From assembly GCA_008632985.1 (NCBI GenBank), contig QPGO01000074.1, positions 186,001-250,000 of the forward strand: a stretch of 64,000 nt of DNA, read 5' to 3'. Below the pieces are notes generated by a model, which saw nothing but the letters and a program-made list of their open reading frames with translations, had not been told where the DNA came from and did not search any database. Numbering within the stretch: position 1 is the stretch's first letter; every line of letters begins with the position of its first letter. This DNA comes from Psammoneis japonica (taxonomy: Eukaryota). Of this stretch, positions 11,779 to 23,939 are shown piece by piece. The position numbers and the translations under genes were made by a program.

Positions 11779-13311
11779 TGCAAATAATAGAAAGCAAGCT
11801 CAAAAAGTAGAAAGCAGACGACAGCAGCCAGCAACAGCGATAGTACAGTCTGAAGGATGGCCAATTGTGTCCAGATACAAGCTTACTGCTTTTCGTACCG
11901 ACCCCAGTAGCATTCTACGTTACATACCAGAATTTTTAATTATTTATATAGTCATTCATATATCATTACGAATTGACAACCACCGATTTTTGACACGCGA
12001 CACCACCACGATGACACGTTCCGTCGAACGAGTTCGGGCCCACCCGGAATAGTTACCAAGCCATTTGGGTACAGCTATATCAATGAGGTACTTGCGGATC
12101 ATATATATCTCATTGGCTAGGTAATTCTTCGTGGTTGACAAATAAACGACGGCAAAGGATTCACGTGTTGTTTTGTCGTGCTTTGGCGTCAAGAGCCAGG
12201 TTAGTCGAGTTAATCCCAGTAGAAAACCTACGTAGGCCTACTCCAAGCCACAAGCGCGCGTAATAAGCTTGTATGGTACTGTAGGTCGGTAGGAGCACTC
12301 TCCATCGTGAGTCTATGCGTCGACCGATGCGCGCGCGCTTCGCACACCCGGGTCGCCTCCAACAGGAATCATTCGAAAATGTCGCGTGGGTCATAATTAA
12401 TATTTTACACAGGGAAAAACACAAAATCGTGTAGAAATGTACACAATGTCATACGAGAGAGTGATTAGAGCTAATAACTTTTCGGGAACTGAATTGAAAT
12501 GCCATCTGATTGACGGTGTTGGCCTTCACTGTGTGAATCAAAATGCCGTCAATCAGACTGCATTTCAATTGATTTCCCGAGAAGTTGACATTCGTGTGCG
12601 GATGGATGGACAGACTGGTGGTGATTGTTTTCAGTGCTCTCCTGCACAATTTCCATGTGATGGCTCTCAGGACCTGAATGACTCCTGTTGACAGACTCTC
12701 GGAGATGCCAGACGGACGATGTGCCAGGGTTGCATGCAGGCGATGTGGCTTGGTTGAGACAGAGAGTGAGGTTCAGCCCTGCAGAATTCTGCGTGCATGT
12801 GTTTGCGCAGCTCAATGCCAAATGTCAGGAGTTCATTCACGACACTCGATGCCACCACGATGAACAACAGCGCAAATCATGTCATTGCTGTCAGAGGCGC
12901 TTGAGTTTTGTTGTTGCAGTGATGTCATTCCTGCACATGTCGACATGAATGAACTCGCATGGCTGGGCAGGTGCAAGTGCTTGGCGCAGTTTGATTGTGT
13001 CGTGTGTGTCTTTCGACAAACGGCAGGGCAAAATTGCACTCTTTTCGCTGAATTCTGCATGAACTGCGACCATTTGGGTGAGTCCATGAGCCAAATGAAA
13101 GCAAGATGCTCACATTGTCTTGCCTTGGAATCATGGCGCAACTGCTGGAGCATCTCCAGGGCACTTGATCTAGATGGGTTCCAGCCCCAGGTGGGACTCC
13201 GTGTGACATTGGGCCCAGCAGAATTCTGTGTGCGAGCTCCGCAGCAAATTTGTCAAGCAATGAAAATGCAAATGATTGCCAACAGAAAAAGAGGCAATTT
13301 TGCGAACTTGT

Positions 13312-14968
13312 CTCCTCCTTCACACTTGCAGTGCATCGTTGACAGTTTGCCTGGGTGCGCTCTGCAGACATTGAAGAATGCACCCAGAGTGTTTTCACTC
13401 TCATGAATGTTGAAAATGGAAAGCCTTTGGCTTTGCAAAATGGGGAGCATGAAACAATTTCATGGAACACCACACACAGAAACTCCTCCTTCACACGATG
13501 TGTTTTCATCCCAGGTGAGAAACTTTTGGACACATCACGAGGTTTTCTACGTGTTTCTACATGAGACGCACATTTGGCACCAAAAATCTCAGTAAAAAAT
13601 GAGCTCCATGACAGCAAAAACACATTTTTCCATGTCTCGAACCACAAACCACAATTCGTGCAAACCGAAAATGGCACCATGCCGTCGCCATGAACTCGTC
13701 CATTCTTGCACCAATGGATGTTGTGACTGAGAAGGTGAGAATGCCGAGACAGGTCAACAAGACAACGCTCAATGCGATGACGTGGTTGAAAATTTGATCT
13801 TTGTTTTTTGTTGTGCCTCATGGATGGCCTTTTGACTCATGATGTTTTTGATGCCTCTTTCTCTCTTCCTCAGCTTGCGAAGCAGGATTCTCATCAACGC
13901 GCTGCTCCATCCACTTGACACCGGATGCTGACAATGAAGAATGTTTCTATGACACGTTGCTGTGATTCTTGCAATGTGTCGTCCGCACTTTGAGTCGTCA
14001 TGGACGACGCTTTTGGGTCGCGCGACAACATCAGATTTCGCCACCGACAAGAGAATCGCCGTGTGTTCGGTTTTGAGGGTGTGTGAGGACAAAGAATCTC
14101 AGATGCAAGTGTGACAGTTTCATCATTGTAAAGTGGAACAATGCCATTGGCGACATCTCAGTGTTGCAGCCATTTCATTTTATTCTGAGACAGAACCAGT
14201 CATTTTGAGCGGTGAAATTTTGTCAATGTTTCATCTTCAACTCTGCTCAGGCACATCAAATCACGTGACAACTGGGCACACATTGAACTTTGACGCCACT
14301 GTTTCAATCCTGTTGTTTTATTCACTCAAGTGTCCCACACAGGTCGACAAATCAGTCGATCTTTGAAATGGCCGATCGCGCAAAAAAATCACGTGCGAAG
14401 TCAGTTCCCCCGATTTTTCTTGTGCAAACAACAGAGTTAGAACACCGTTCTTTTTTGGTGTGAGCTCTTTGTACAATGAACAATGCGTGCATTCTTTCAA
14501 AGCAGTCAGATTCGGTGAAAGAAACAGTGGAACAGTCTCTCAAATGCACCAGAGTGACAACAACGAGCAGACAGCTGTCAGTTTCACTCCAAAAAATGCC
14601 GCTTTCGAGACAGCGCTTTTCTTGTGCGCACCCTTCAACCAATGAGAATGACGGCTGGCTTTTCAAAATAAACATGTCTGTGGAAAGAAGAAACGAAAAA
14701 TCGGGGGAAAGTCCAGTCAGATTTGCTCGCACGGCGATGGAAAAGGGACAGACGAAACGTCTCACCTCCGTGTGCGCGTTTCTCACCTGGGATGAAAACA
14801 CATCACACTTGCAGTGCATCATTGACAGTTTGCCCGGGTGTGTTCTGCAGACATTGAAGAATGCACCCAGAGTGTTTTCATTCTCACAAATGTCAAAAAT
14901 GGAAAGCCTTTGGCTTTGCAAAATGGGGAGCATGAAACAATTTCTTAGAACATCACACACACAGAAAT
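13312..14968. repeat. ~170-bp tandem duplication; the second unit is interrupted by the TIR element
   Basis: Unit 1 is 13312-13482 (ctcctccttcacacttgcagtgcatc...). Unit 2 is 13483-13496 plus 14809-14968. Confidence 0.85.
13497..14804. mobile_element. Non-autonomous TIR DNA transposon (MITE-like, ~1.31 kb), copy 2
   Basis: Perfect 27-bp TIRs GATGTGTTTTCATCCCAGGTGAGAAAC (13497-13523 and 14778-14804). 4-bp TSD ACAC (13493-13496, 14805-14808). The empty site is visible at 13312-13337. Confidence 0.93.
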
Positions 14969-15127
14969 CCACGCACACGACATGCGACGCGACAAAAAAA
15001 TCTCTTGATGTCACAGTGCAGCACTGTGAGGTCCCACCCAGAGCTGGAACGCGTCTCTGTCCCAAGTGGCAAGAAACCAATGCAACCATGTGGAAATCTC
15101 AAAAAAACACAAAAGACGCGTTCCAGA

Positions 15128-15490
15128 CGTAGGTGGGCCCGTAGAATTCTACGTGCGAGCTCCGTATTAAAATTATCAGGTAATTAAAATGTCAATGTTC
15201 GCCAACAGAAAATGAGGCAATTTTGCGAACGCACAAACTCGTCCATGATTGAAGAACATCATTTATTACTTAGCTGGGTACATTCTTCAGACATTGAAGA
15301 ATGTAACTGGCGCATTATTGTTTCTATAAATTTGTTATGTAAAACGTCTGGGGCTTCGCAAAACAGCGAGTCTGGACAATTTTTTTGAAATATTACACGT
15401 AGAAATGTACGTACGAAACATGCGACGGATGATAAAAATTTTTTGTGTCACACGTCAGTACTACGAGCTCCCACCTAGGGCTGGAACGCG
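15128..15490. repeat. TpA-retaining paralogue of 13211-13480 / 14809-15055
   Basis: Colinear homology (gggccc-gtagaattctacgtgcgagctccg...; cagtactacgagctcccacctagggctggaacgcgtc) with normal TA content. Confidence 0.85.
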
Positions 15491-16389
15491 TCAAAAACCT
15501 CATCGCTCCGCCAAATGTGAGACCCCACATTGTGTTCGTCCTGAATCTCAGGTCAGCAGTCAACAAACATCTCTCATCGACTTGTGCAAACACATCAAGG
15601 CATTGCATGGACTGAGAACCTGTGTGATGACGAGTGAGTGCATTTCTTGGAACAAACAAAAAGTCATTTTGTGATGATGCCAAAACGACAGCTCAGTTGC
15701 AAGAAAGACAATGCCATCACAAAGAAGCAACATGAAAAGACACGCACGTTTCCACATCATTGCTTGCAAGGTGCAATGGAGCCGAGCACATGACAACAAT
15801 CAATGACGCATGTCAGCACCGACAGAAAAAGTGATGATTTTGCACTCGGTCAGTCTTGGATGAAATGGAATGAAATGACCACCAATTCTTTCCATTCCAA
15901 TGCCATGGCATGCTTCCATGACATGTTCGTTGGCACTCCACAAAAAAGTGCCAAGTTGTGCACACACACAAACGATTGTTTTTCCATTTTTTGTTCACAA
16001 CAACATCGTCGCTGCTGCAACAGTCTGTGTCTCTTTTCTTGGCAACCAAGCTGTGCCCAGAGACATGCAGGGGCATTTTAGAACCATCTTTGCACACTCT
16101 GTTGACATGCAGTGCAAAAAAGCAATGCTGGTGTGTGTTCCAAAAAAGAGATTTGGCAAAAATTGACGTGCAGATGGTTGTTTTGTTCCTGTGAAATCGA
16201 GGAACGTTGTTTGTTCTGTGCCAAATGCCTCTTCCCCCAACATTTCCTGCTGTCCAACAATTGCCTTTTGTGTCTCGAACAACGTCGTGCACTTGGCATT
16301 GTCGAAAATGGCGGGCTGCAAACAATGTTCAGCGACCCACCGAGCATGGATTTTCTTTGAAATCATCAGTTGATCTCTGTGTCTCAACC

Positions 16390-18223
16390 ATGGAGACTAA
16401 AAGGCAAAGAACCAGGAGAAGGCAGGCATTTCAAGACGCATCTTTGTCATCAAGTGATGAGTCAGAGAGCAGCTCATCTCGGATCACAAAGAGGAAGATG
16501 ACCAAGGCCAAGAGAAAGACAACTCGGCTGCAGTCAGACAACTCTGCATTTGACTTCAAGTTGGCGCCTGTGACTCTTTGACTTTCCAGTGTCATTGGAA
16601 AGAAGAAAGCTTCACTCAACAACAACTTCTTTCCGGACAACGTCAGTGATGGAGATCTTGACTGCAGCTCAGGTTTCCAAGATGTTGAGGACACCGTGGA
16701 CAAAGCCTTGGAGAACTGGGAGGGGTCAAGCATGAAATTCGAGAGGGCGATCGACAATTCAGGATGCACCTTCTACACGCACTCTGCTTTGCATCCACAG
16801 GATGAGCTCCACCCCACTCCTCTGGTGGAAAAGGGAGACAAATTGCGGGCTTTGACCAACAAAGCTTCCTTCTGACATGTGCTCAATCACATCGCCTGCC
16901 AAGAAATGAACCAAAACCACTCAAAGGTCAGCAAATGTGTCATGGATGTTGTGGTCTGCCCAAAGCAAAAGAAGGACAAAGGAAGGAGACATCATTCTGG
17001 CAAGACCAGTGAGAATTGCACTCAGGCTTCCAAGACCAAGGAGAATGTCAAGGACTGCAATGCCAAACTGATTGTTGATGTTCTTGGGCCCGTCATCCAT
17101 TGGTGCAGCGAAACATCTTGTCGGTGTGTGGCCAAAATTCATGAGTCAAATTGGGAAGTTCCAAAGACATTTGAAGTTGAATCACAGGCAGACTTTGAGG
17201 AGGCCACTGGAATTGATCTTGACAGTCTAACGGAAATGGAGTGGGACAAGTTCAGCAAGGAAACACCCTCTCTGATGAAGGCATGAAGCACTGTGTTGTT
17301 CGTTGCAAGGTGTTCTGTGTGAAGCTCGTCAACTTGATGCTTGTGCAAATGGTGGATGCATTGGAAACAAGTCCAAGCTCTGCCTGTGGCCAAACAGGTC
17401 CAAGCACAAATTATCCGAATTGAAGAAAAGGACATCAGAAGCATGGGAAATGCTCAATCAGAAATGGAGCAGCAAGAAAGACAAGAGCATCAAGGTTGCC
17501 ATTGGCACTGGCATGATCGACTCAAGCAAGGACACCGTGTGTGACCCTGCCACTGGTGAGCAGTCCCTTGATGACACAGAAGTTGTTGACGAGGCAATCA
17601 TGTTTTCACAAGGTGACAATCCCGAGCATGAACTGAGTTCTCCTCAGAAAGCAAAACCAAAGAGATCCAGCAGAGCAGCAAGATCGGCTTCTCAGTCACT
17701 GCATGCAGACGCACAAGCCTTTGCGGAAAAGGTTGCACAAACACCATGCTCTGATTTGTGCGATGCTTTCGCTGAAGATGCCTTTGTTCACTTCAAGACC
17801 ACACTGGCTGCAAGCCTGGAATGCAGAAATCCAAGTAAAGCGCGGGTCACATGGGAGCTTGACGAGGATGACATGGATGCGTGGCCCACTGTGGAAGACT
17901 TTGAATTCATCACAAAGGAAAAATTCATCAAACGCAACAACGGCAAGCATCCAGAAAAGAGCGCACACCACAGGGTCAACGGAAAGCATCCGGGTGATGA
18001 TGCTGCTGCCTTGCTTGGTCCAGAGCTTCACACAGCTGTTGAGCAAGGCATGCAGGCAGACGCAAATTTCCTTGAAGGGTGCCGCATTTTGAACGGCAAT
18101 TCAAATCACAAGCCAGTTGTGGCTGGCACTGTGGTTTTCAAATTTTGCAGAGGAGGGAAAGATGGGGCTGGTGCACCGACTGCAGCAACGAAAAAACTCA
18201 GGGAGACTTTGAAGGAGCTCTGA
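16390..18223 (+). pseudogene. Degenerate transposon-associated ORF of unknown function
   Basis: Hydrophilic reading frames (16390-16581, 16879-17286, 17303-18223) with protein-like composition and interrupting stops, inside the TE block. Confidence 0.4.
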
Positions 18224-18494
18224 AAGCGCTGTGTCCCAGATTGCACTCATGCTGTTTTCACTCTTTCAAAACAAGAAAATGAAAAATTGAAACAGAATGA
18301 GTTGGAGTGGAAAGCAGCAATTGGCCCTGATGATGATTGGACCACATTGTGCTCAGCCGCAAAGGGTTTGACAATGGAAAAGATGCTTGAGGAACTGCAA
18401 ACAAAAGAGAGGAGAGCCAGCCCCACATCTCTCAAATTTGAACTGGTGGAAACACTCATGGTTGGGGAAGATGACATTGTGCATGACGGGGGGG

Positions 18495-18655
18495 NNNNNN
18501 NNNNNNNNNNNNNNNNNNNNNNNNNNNNNNNNNNNNNNNNNNNNNNNNNNNNNNNNNNNNNNNNNNNNNNNNNNNNNNNNNNNNNNNNNNNNNNNNNNNN
18601 NNNNNNNNNNNNNNNNNNNNNNNNNNNNNNNNNNNNNNNNNNNNNNNNNNNNNNN
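18495..18655. other. Assembly gap (161 N)
   Basis: Run of N characters. Confidence 1.
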
Positions 18656-21600
18656 TTGCTCGGCAACACATTTTTGGCCACCATCTGTCTGGCATTTCCG
18701 AGAGTCCATGAGGTGACCCGGGTGTGCAAATCGTGTGCGCATCAGTCAACGCATGGACTCACAATGGAGAGTGACTGCGAGGTGCACAGGAGAGTGATTT
18801 TGGACACCCCAAACACAAGGTTTGGGGAATGAAAACACATTGAAGTGCACACACAGAATTGTGGGTAATTTTTGCTGCTGACGGATTGAGCAATTTTGAG
18901 AGCTCATTTGGGCTTCGACTGGACTCACCGCACAAGCAACAGCAGTGCACTGGAGAAGGTGGATTGACAGACACACGGATGACAACAAGAGGCTGGCCCG
19001 TTCCCCTCATTGTTCCTGGCAGACGATCGGCAGCAATGGGGTCAGCTGCAGATGGGCCAACAAAATGCTGAAAATCCCTTTTCTGTCGATTGGCATGCTT
19101 CATGCAATTGCCCATGCAATGGACATGGTGCCTTTTGTCCCATGGCTGAGCCTTGACTGATCATTCTGGCTGCCACAATTCATCCTCTGCAAATCACACA
19201 ATTTTGCTGGATCCAGAGAATCTCCACAAGCCAGCTGATTGTGCATGATGCCTGTGTTGTTTTTGTTGACTCCAACACACATGTTGGAGTGCGAGCATCA
19301 CAGTTGAGGTTTTCTGTTGGCCATTGGATTGGGATTGTGTCTCTCTGCCTCAGATGCTTCTCTGATCATGTTGAATCCAGAAATTCCACAAGTCGACCAT
19401 CTCACACCACAGCTTCAGTTCTGTCTTTTGTCCTGGTCTCCAGTGCCAGAGAACAAGCATGTCAACTGCACAGCCAACTGGCATGACTCCTCCCACTTTA
19501 TTCTGTCTCTTTCATCTCTGTGACGGCCTCATGCTGCATCTTTCTCATCTCGTTTGCCATTGTGTTCATCAAATTTTATGTGCATTTCTGGCACACACAT
19601 GGTTGCATCATCTTCTGACCATTGTGACGGTCTCACATGATTCACTTTTGTCATGTGTGCTGACTTGAATGAAAAACACATTCCAATGCCGCTCAGATGA
19701 GTTGCAACTGCTCCTTTGCAATTTTGATGGAACCTTTTAAAACTGCCTCACATGCATCTGCAATTCAACAAATGGTGACAGACTGCCCATCACCCCAACA
19801 CCCCGACTGCCCAACTGCCCAACACCCCACCCAACAGACACGAAAAAGTCTGCAATCACCATCCACTGAGTGGTCAATGATTCAGAAGCACAGCAATTTT
19901 TTTGTTGACAAAAATGGACATTGCTGTGTGGTGCAGCCAATGATGCAGCATGAGCAAGGGGCAGTTGTCACCATGTGCAGCTCTTCTTCATCTGTGTGTG
20001 CAAATTTTGGGTGGATTCTGGCACCATGACCTTGGCAGTTGAGTGGATGTGGTTGACTTGGGGGCACATTCTTGGTTGCATCTGATGTTGTGGGGTTGTG
20101 ATTTTGTGCTGCAGGGCACTTGGCTCAAGCAGGGCCCTCCTTTGGTGGGTGGAGTGATGGGCCAGCCCCACCCTCACACTGTGGACGTGTGGAGCTGGTC
20201 TGAGAAGAGGGGGTGCACAATCCTGTGATGCAGTGATGCGCTGCTCACATTGTCATGATGCTCATTCTGGTGTTGATGCATCTGCGCGCTTCCGAGTGTG
20301 GCATCTGCCACTTGTCATCTGGTCATGATGAGATGCCATGTTTTCAATGTTGTGGTCTGCAGAGAGAGAGAGAGAGAGAGCCATTTGTTTGCTCTTTCAT
20401 CTTTGTGCATGCAAAATGAGACAAGTTGCAGGAATGTTTGACAAGCAAGTCTTGTTGAGAACACAACATTTTGCCTGGCCAGAGCAGCTTGATCAGGTTG
20501 CAAGACTTGTTTGTGTTGTGTGATTTTGTGGTGTGCGCCACTGTGTTGTTTGCATCAGCAGGGAACAAAAGACCACACAACAGTGGAAGATGGAAAGAAG
20601 AGTGATGTGTTGGGGCCAGATGTTTTGGAAGCAGTTGCGAAGGCAGGTGGGAAAGAGGGCATGGGGGAGCACATGCAGAAGCAGGTGTGGAGTCAGAAAA
20701 ACTGAGTGTGGTGGATGAATCAGAGGGAAAGGATGGTGTGGGAAAAGGATCCAGGTTGTCTTTGTCATCTTTGCTGGCAAGCATTGGCATGAAAGATCTT
20801 GTGCAGATGACAACAATTTTGTTGGAAGAACAAAAAATGAAAGCACTGAATGGCATTGACTCGTCAGAAGAACAAAAAAGCAAATTGGCACAAGTTTCAA
20901 ACACTGGGTTGCACCAGCACTCCAGAGCAGAGAAAGAGGACAGTGGTGATGATGAAGACAAGAAGGAGAAAGAAAAAGAAGAGAAAGGAGAAATGAAGAT
21001 TGACAAATGCTTTTGCAACAAAAGTGGAGAGGACAAAAGGAAAAGCAAGAAGATTGAAAAGAGAAATGTGCCCGAAATGCCAAAGGAGGGAAGAGCAAAA
21101 CAAGCACAAAAGGAAAGGAGAGCACAATGCCAAAGAGAAGAAGAAGTTCATGTTGAAGCAGGGATCTTGGTTTTTCAAAATGTTTTGGCTCCAGACTTGG
21201 GTGTTGATGCACCACTGTTGTTGAAACTTTCCAAGCCCCCCATGCAAGGCAGATGAGTTTGGTTTGTGGCTCAAGGAAAACATCAGTGAAAATGAAGAGA
21301 CCTGTTTCATTGGCACTTCAATGGGCAGCATGTTGAGAAGTGACAAAGGTTTGGCACATGCCATGCAGGAAAGCAAGCACTCATCAAAGTTTGATTTGAC
21401 ATGAGGAGAGGAGTCATTGAAAGAGTTGCCTGACTTGGGCTCAGGTTTGATTCATTTGTTCCACATTTCTTGATGCTTGAAGAGGAAGGCATCACAAGCA
21501 TCAACAATTGAATGAACTTTGAGGAAGTTGGAGCCATTTGTCACAAGGTGAGCAGCAACATTCTTTGTGGAGGTTTTGAAAATGTGCATTGTGCACTTGG

Positions 21601-22189
21601 AGTGCTGCCGTGCAACCCAACCCCTTTTTTGCATTTTGTGTTTGTTCCTTTAAGATGGAAGCAAAGAGGCACATGACTCATGCACAGCTCATCACTTTTG
21701 TCATGTGATTAAAGAGAAGTTCAGGAACACAGCAAGAAATTCCCAAAGTTGGAACAATGACAAAAGCCACTGGAGATGGAGAAGCATTTTGGGCAAGCCA
21801 TTCCAATTGTCAGGTCTGTTGTGAATGTTTGGTCAAAACCAATTTGGCTGCTCCACTCCTTCCAAAACAAAAGGCAGCTGAGCAAAAAAGGACATCAGAG
21901 TGCACGAAATGCCAAAAATGTGTAGATTTGCGTGATGACAATTTGTCAAAATGTTGCAAAACATTGTTGTCACATGATGAAAGGCCAACCTCTGGTTGCA
22001 AGTTTGCTGTGCCAATGTTGCAATGACTTGTTGAGAATCATGCGTGCCATTTTTCACTGTGTCCACATCGCTGTGTCTGCCTCCACCTTGTTGCCATGTG
22101 CCAATGCGTGATTGCATTTCCACACAATCCTTGGTTTGTCAATTTTTGCAAACATCATTTTAAACTAGAAAAGCATTTCATCGGTCAGG

Positions 22190-23481
22190 TCAATCCCTTG
22201 TTGCGTCTGCAGTGCAATGACCGAGTGCTGTGCAAACTGTGCACACATTTTCTTGCTGCAACTCTCTTAAACCAAGCCAACGATCATCATCGGACTCGTC
22301 TCCATTGGACTCGTCTCCTCCATCGTCCGTTTTGCCTTTTGTGCCTTCCTCCTGCTCATCGTCGTTGCTGTTGTCGTCCCTGCTGCTCTCCACCATTGGG
22401 CTGTTCATTGCCTTCACCTTGTCCGCATCACCGGCTGGTGCTTTCTTTTTCTTCTTTTTTGCTTCTCCGGACTTCTCGCACTCGCTTTTCTTGATCTCTG
22501 TGTGCCACTTTTCAAACTCCTTGCCCTCCTTGGAGTCTCTGTCTTTTGTCACCTCTTTGCATGAATCGTTGAACCGATTATTCCGTCGTCTCCCCAAGAC
22601 ACTCATTGTTTCTTTGGCTTCGTGCACTGAGGGGCAGGCCTTGTTTCTTCGGGCTCCATTTCCTCGCCCAATTCTTCCACCGTCTCCTCCTTGTTCCTGC
22701 ATGCCCACACCTGCCAACAATTCTCCACAGCTGACAGCGCCAAAGCTTCGTCACCGACCGTAAACAACTGTGAGACCTGTGCATTCCCAGTTTTGATGGC
22801 GCCACTCCATGCCTGCTTTTGCTTGGTTTGAGGCAGGATGTGATCACAGAACCACTTGCACACCTGCTTGTTCCTTCGTTTGCCGCCGGCGACAGTGTCC
22901 AGGCTGAACGGATCCCATGTCGGCACAAACGGGACATCATTCTCTTCATTCTTGTCATGGCTTGACTTTTTCCTCTTTTTCCTCCTGTCTGCCGCCTTGA
23001 GTTTCTTTTCTTTTTCCTTTCCCTCTTCCTCAGTGACAATGCCCATGCAGACAAAGCATCACCGTCATCTTCTTGTGAGACACACGCAACTCTCGAATCA
23101 CACACATTGGTCACTCAACTTACGGGCCATTGCCTCCACCCCAACAGCCGAGCACACCATGTTTCTGCGATTGTCAATTTGCCTTTTTACCACCTTTTTT
23201 GCCCATTCCTCCCAAGTTCCTGACCAATTTGAAGTGTCCATGTTGCCACCAGCAATCTTTTTCTTGACAAACATTGAGACGCTCCCATTGCTTGCCAATT
23301 CTGACGGACTGAGAAACTTCACCTGTGGAAAGAGATCATTTCTGGCCACCTTCGCTGCTTCTGACTTCAATGCACCATGCGCTGCCTGCGCACCTGTTCT
23401 CTTCAACACTGCCTGAAGTCTCGGGCTCATTGGCTCAACAGTCTCATTTTTCTTTCTCTTCTTTGCCGGTTGTGCTGGAGA
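22190..23481 (-). pseudogene. Accessory ORF of the Plavaka-like element, divergent from the transposase
   Basis: Fragments FPQVKFL...WEEWAKKVVKRQIDNRRN and CKWFCDHILP...FTVGDEALALSAVENCW. The latter resembles the TVSDEAFALLxxENYW motif seen in TE accessory ORFs. Frameshifted or intron-containing. Confidence 0.55.
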
Positions 23482-23939
23482 CGACATCTTGATCTTTTCA
23501 TGGCAACAATGAGAGGAGCGGTGCTGTTCGACAGTGCAACCGTCGTTTGGGTCATGTTGAGACAGCCAGGCACTCTGTTTTTCTCCACAACATTGCACAA
23601 ATTGTTGTCAGCAACATTGAAATTTGAAAATGTGTTTGTGCACAACAATGAACAGCCCAACTTGCTTTTTGATGTGGCTGTCATTGCGTTTCAACGGAGA
23701 CAACATCCTGCATTTTGACAGCAAATAAAAAGCACAACATTCGTTGTGGATGCCAGATAAAAAATCAAAATGCAGGTGCGTCATGCCCACAAGAATCATC
23801 CCAATCTGGAAGACAATGTGATGTTTGCCAATTTCCCGCCATTTTTTGCGTGTTGTTCTTTTTTTCCCTTCTCATCCACAAGACAAGGACAACGAGCATG
23901 AGTCTTGATGAAGGCCCTTTCAATGTTGTCTGATTTACA

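Noticed and set aside
12694..18707. 20-bp inverted match (gactctcggagatgccagac at about 12694 vs gtctggcatttccgagagtc at about 18688) as TIRs
   Set aside because: It does not clearly extend, has no TSD, and an assembly gap lies between the two sites.
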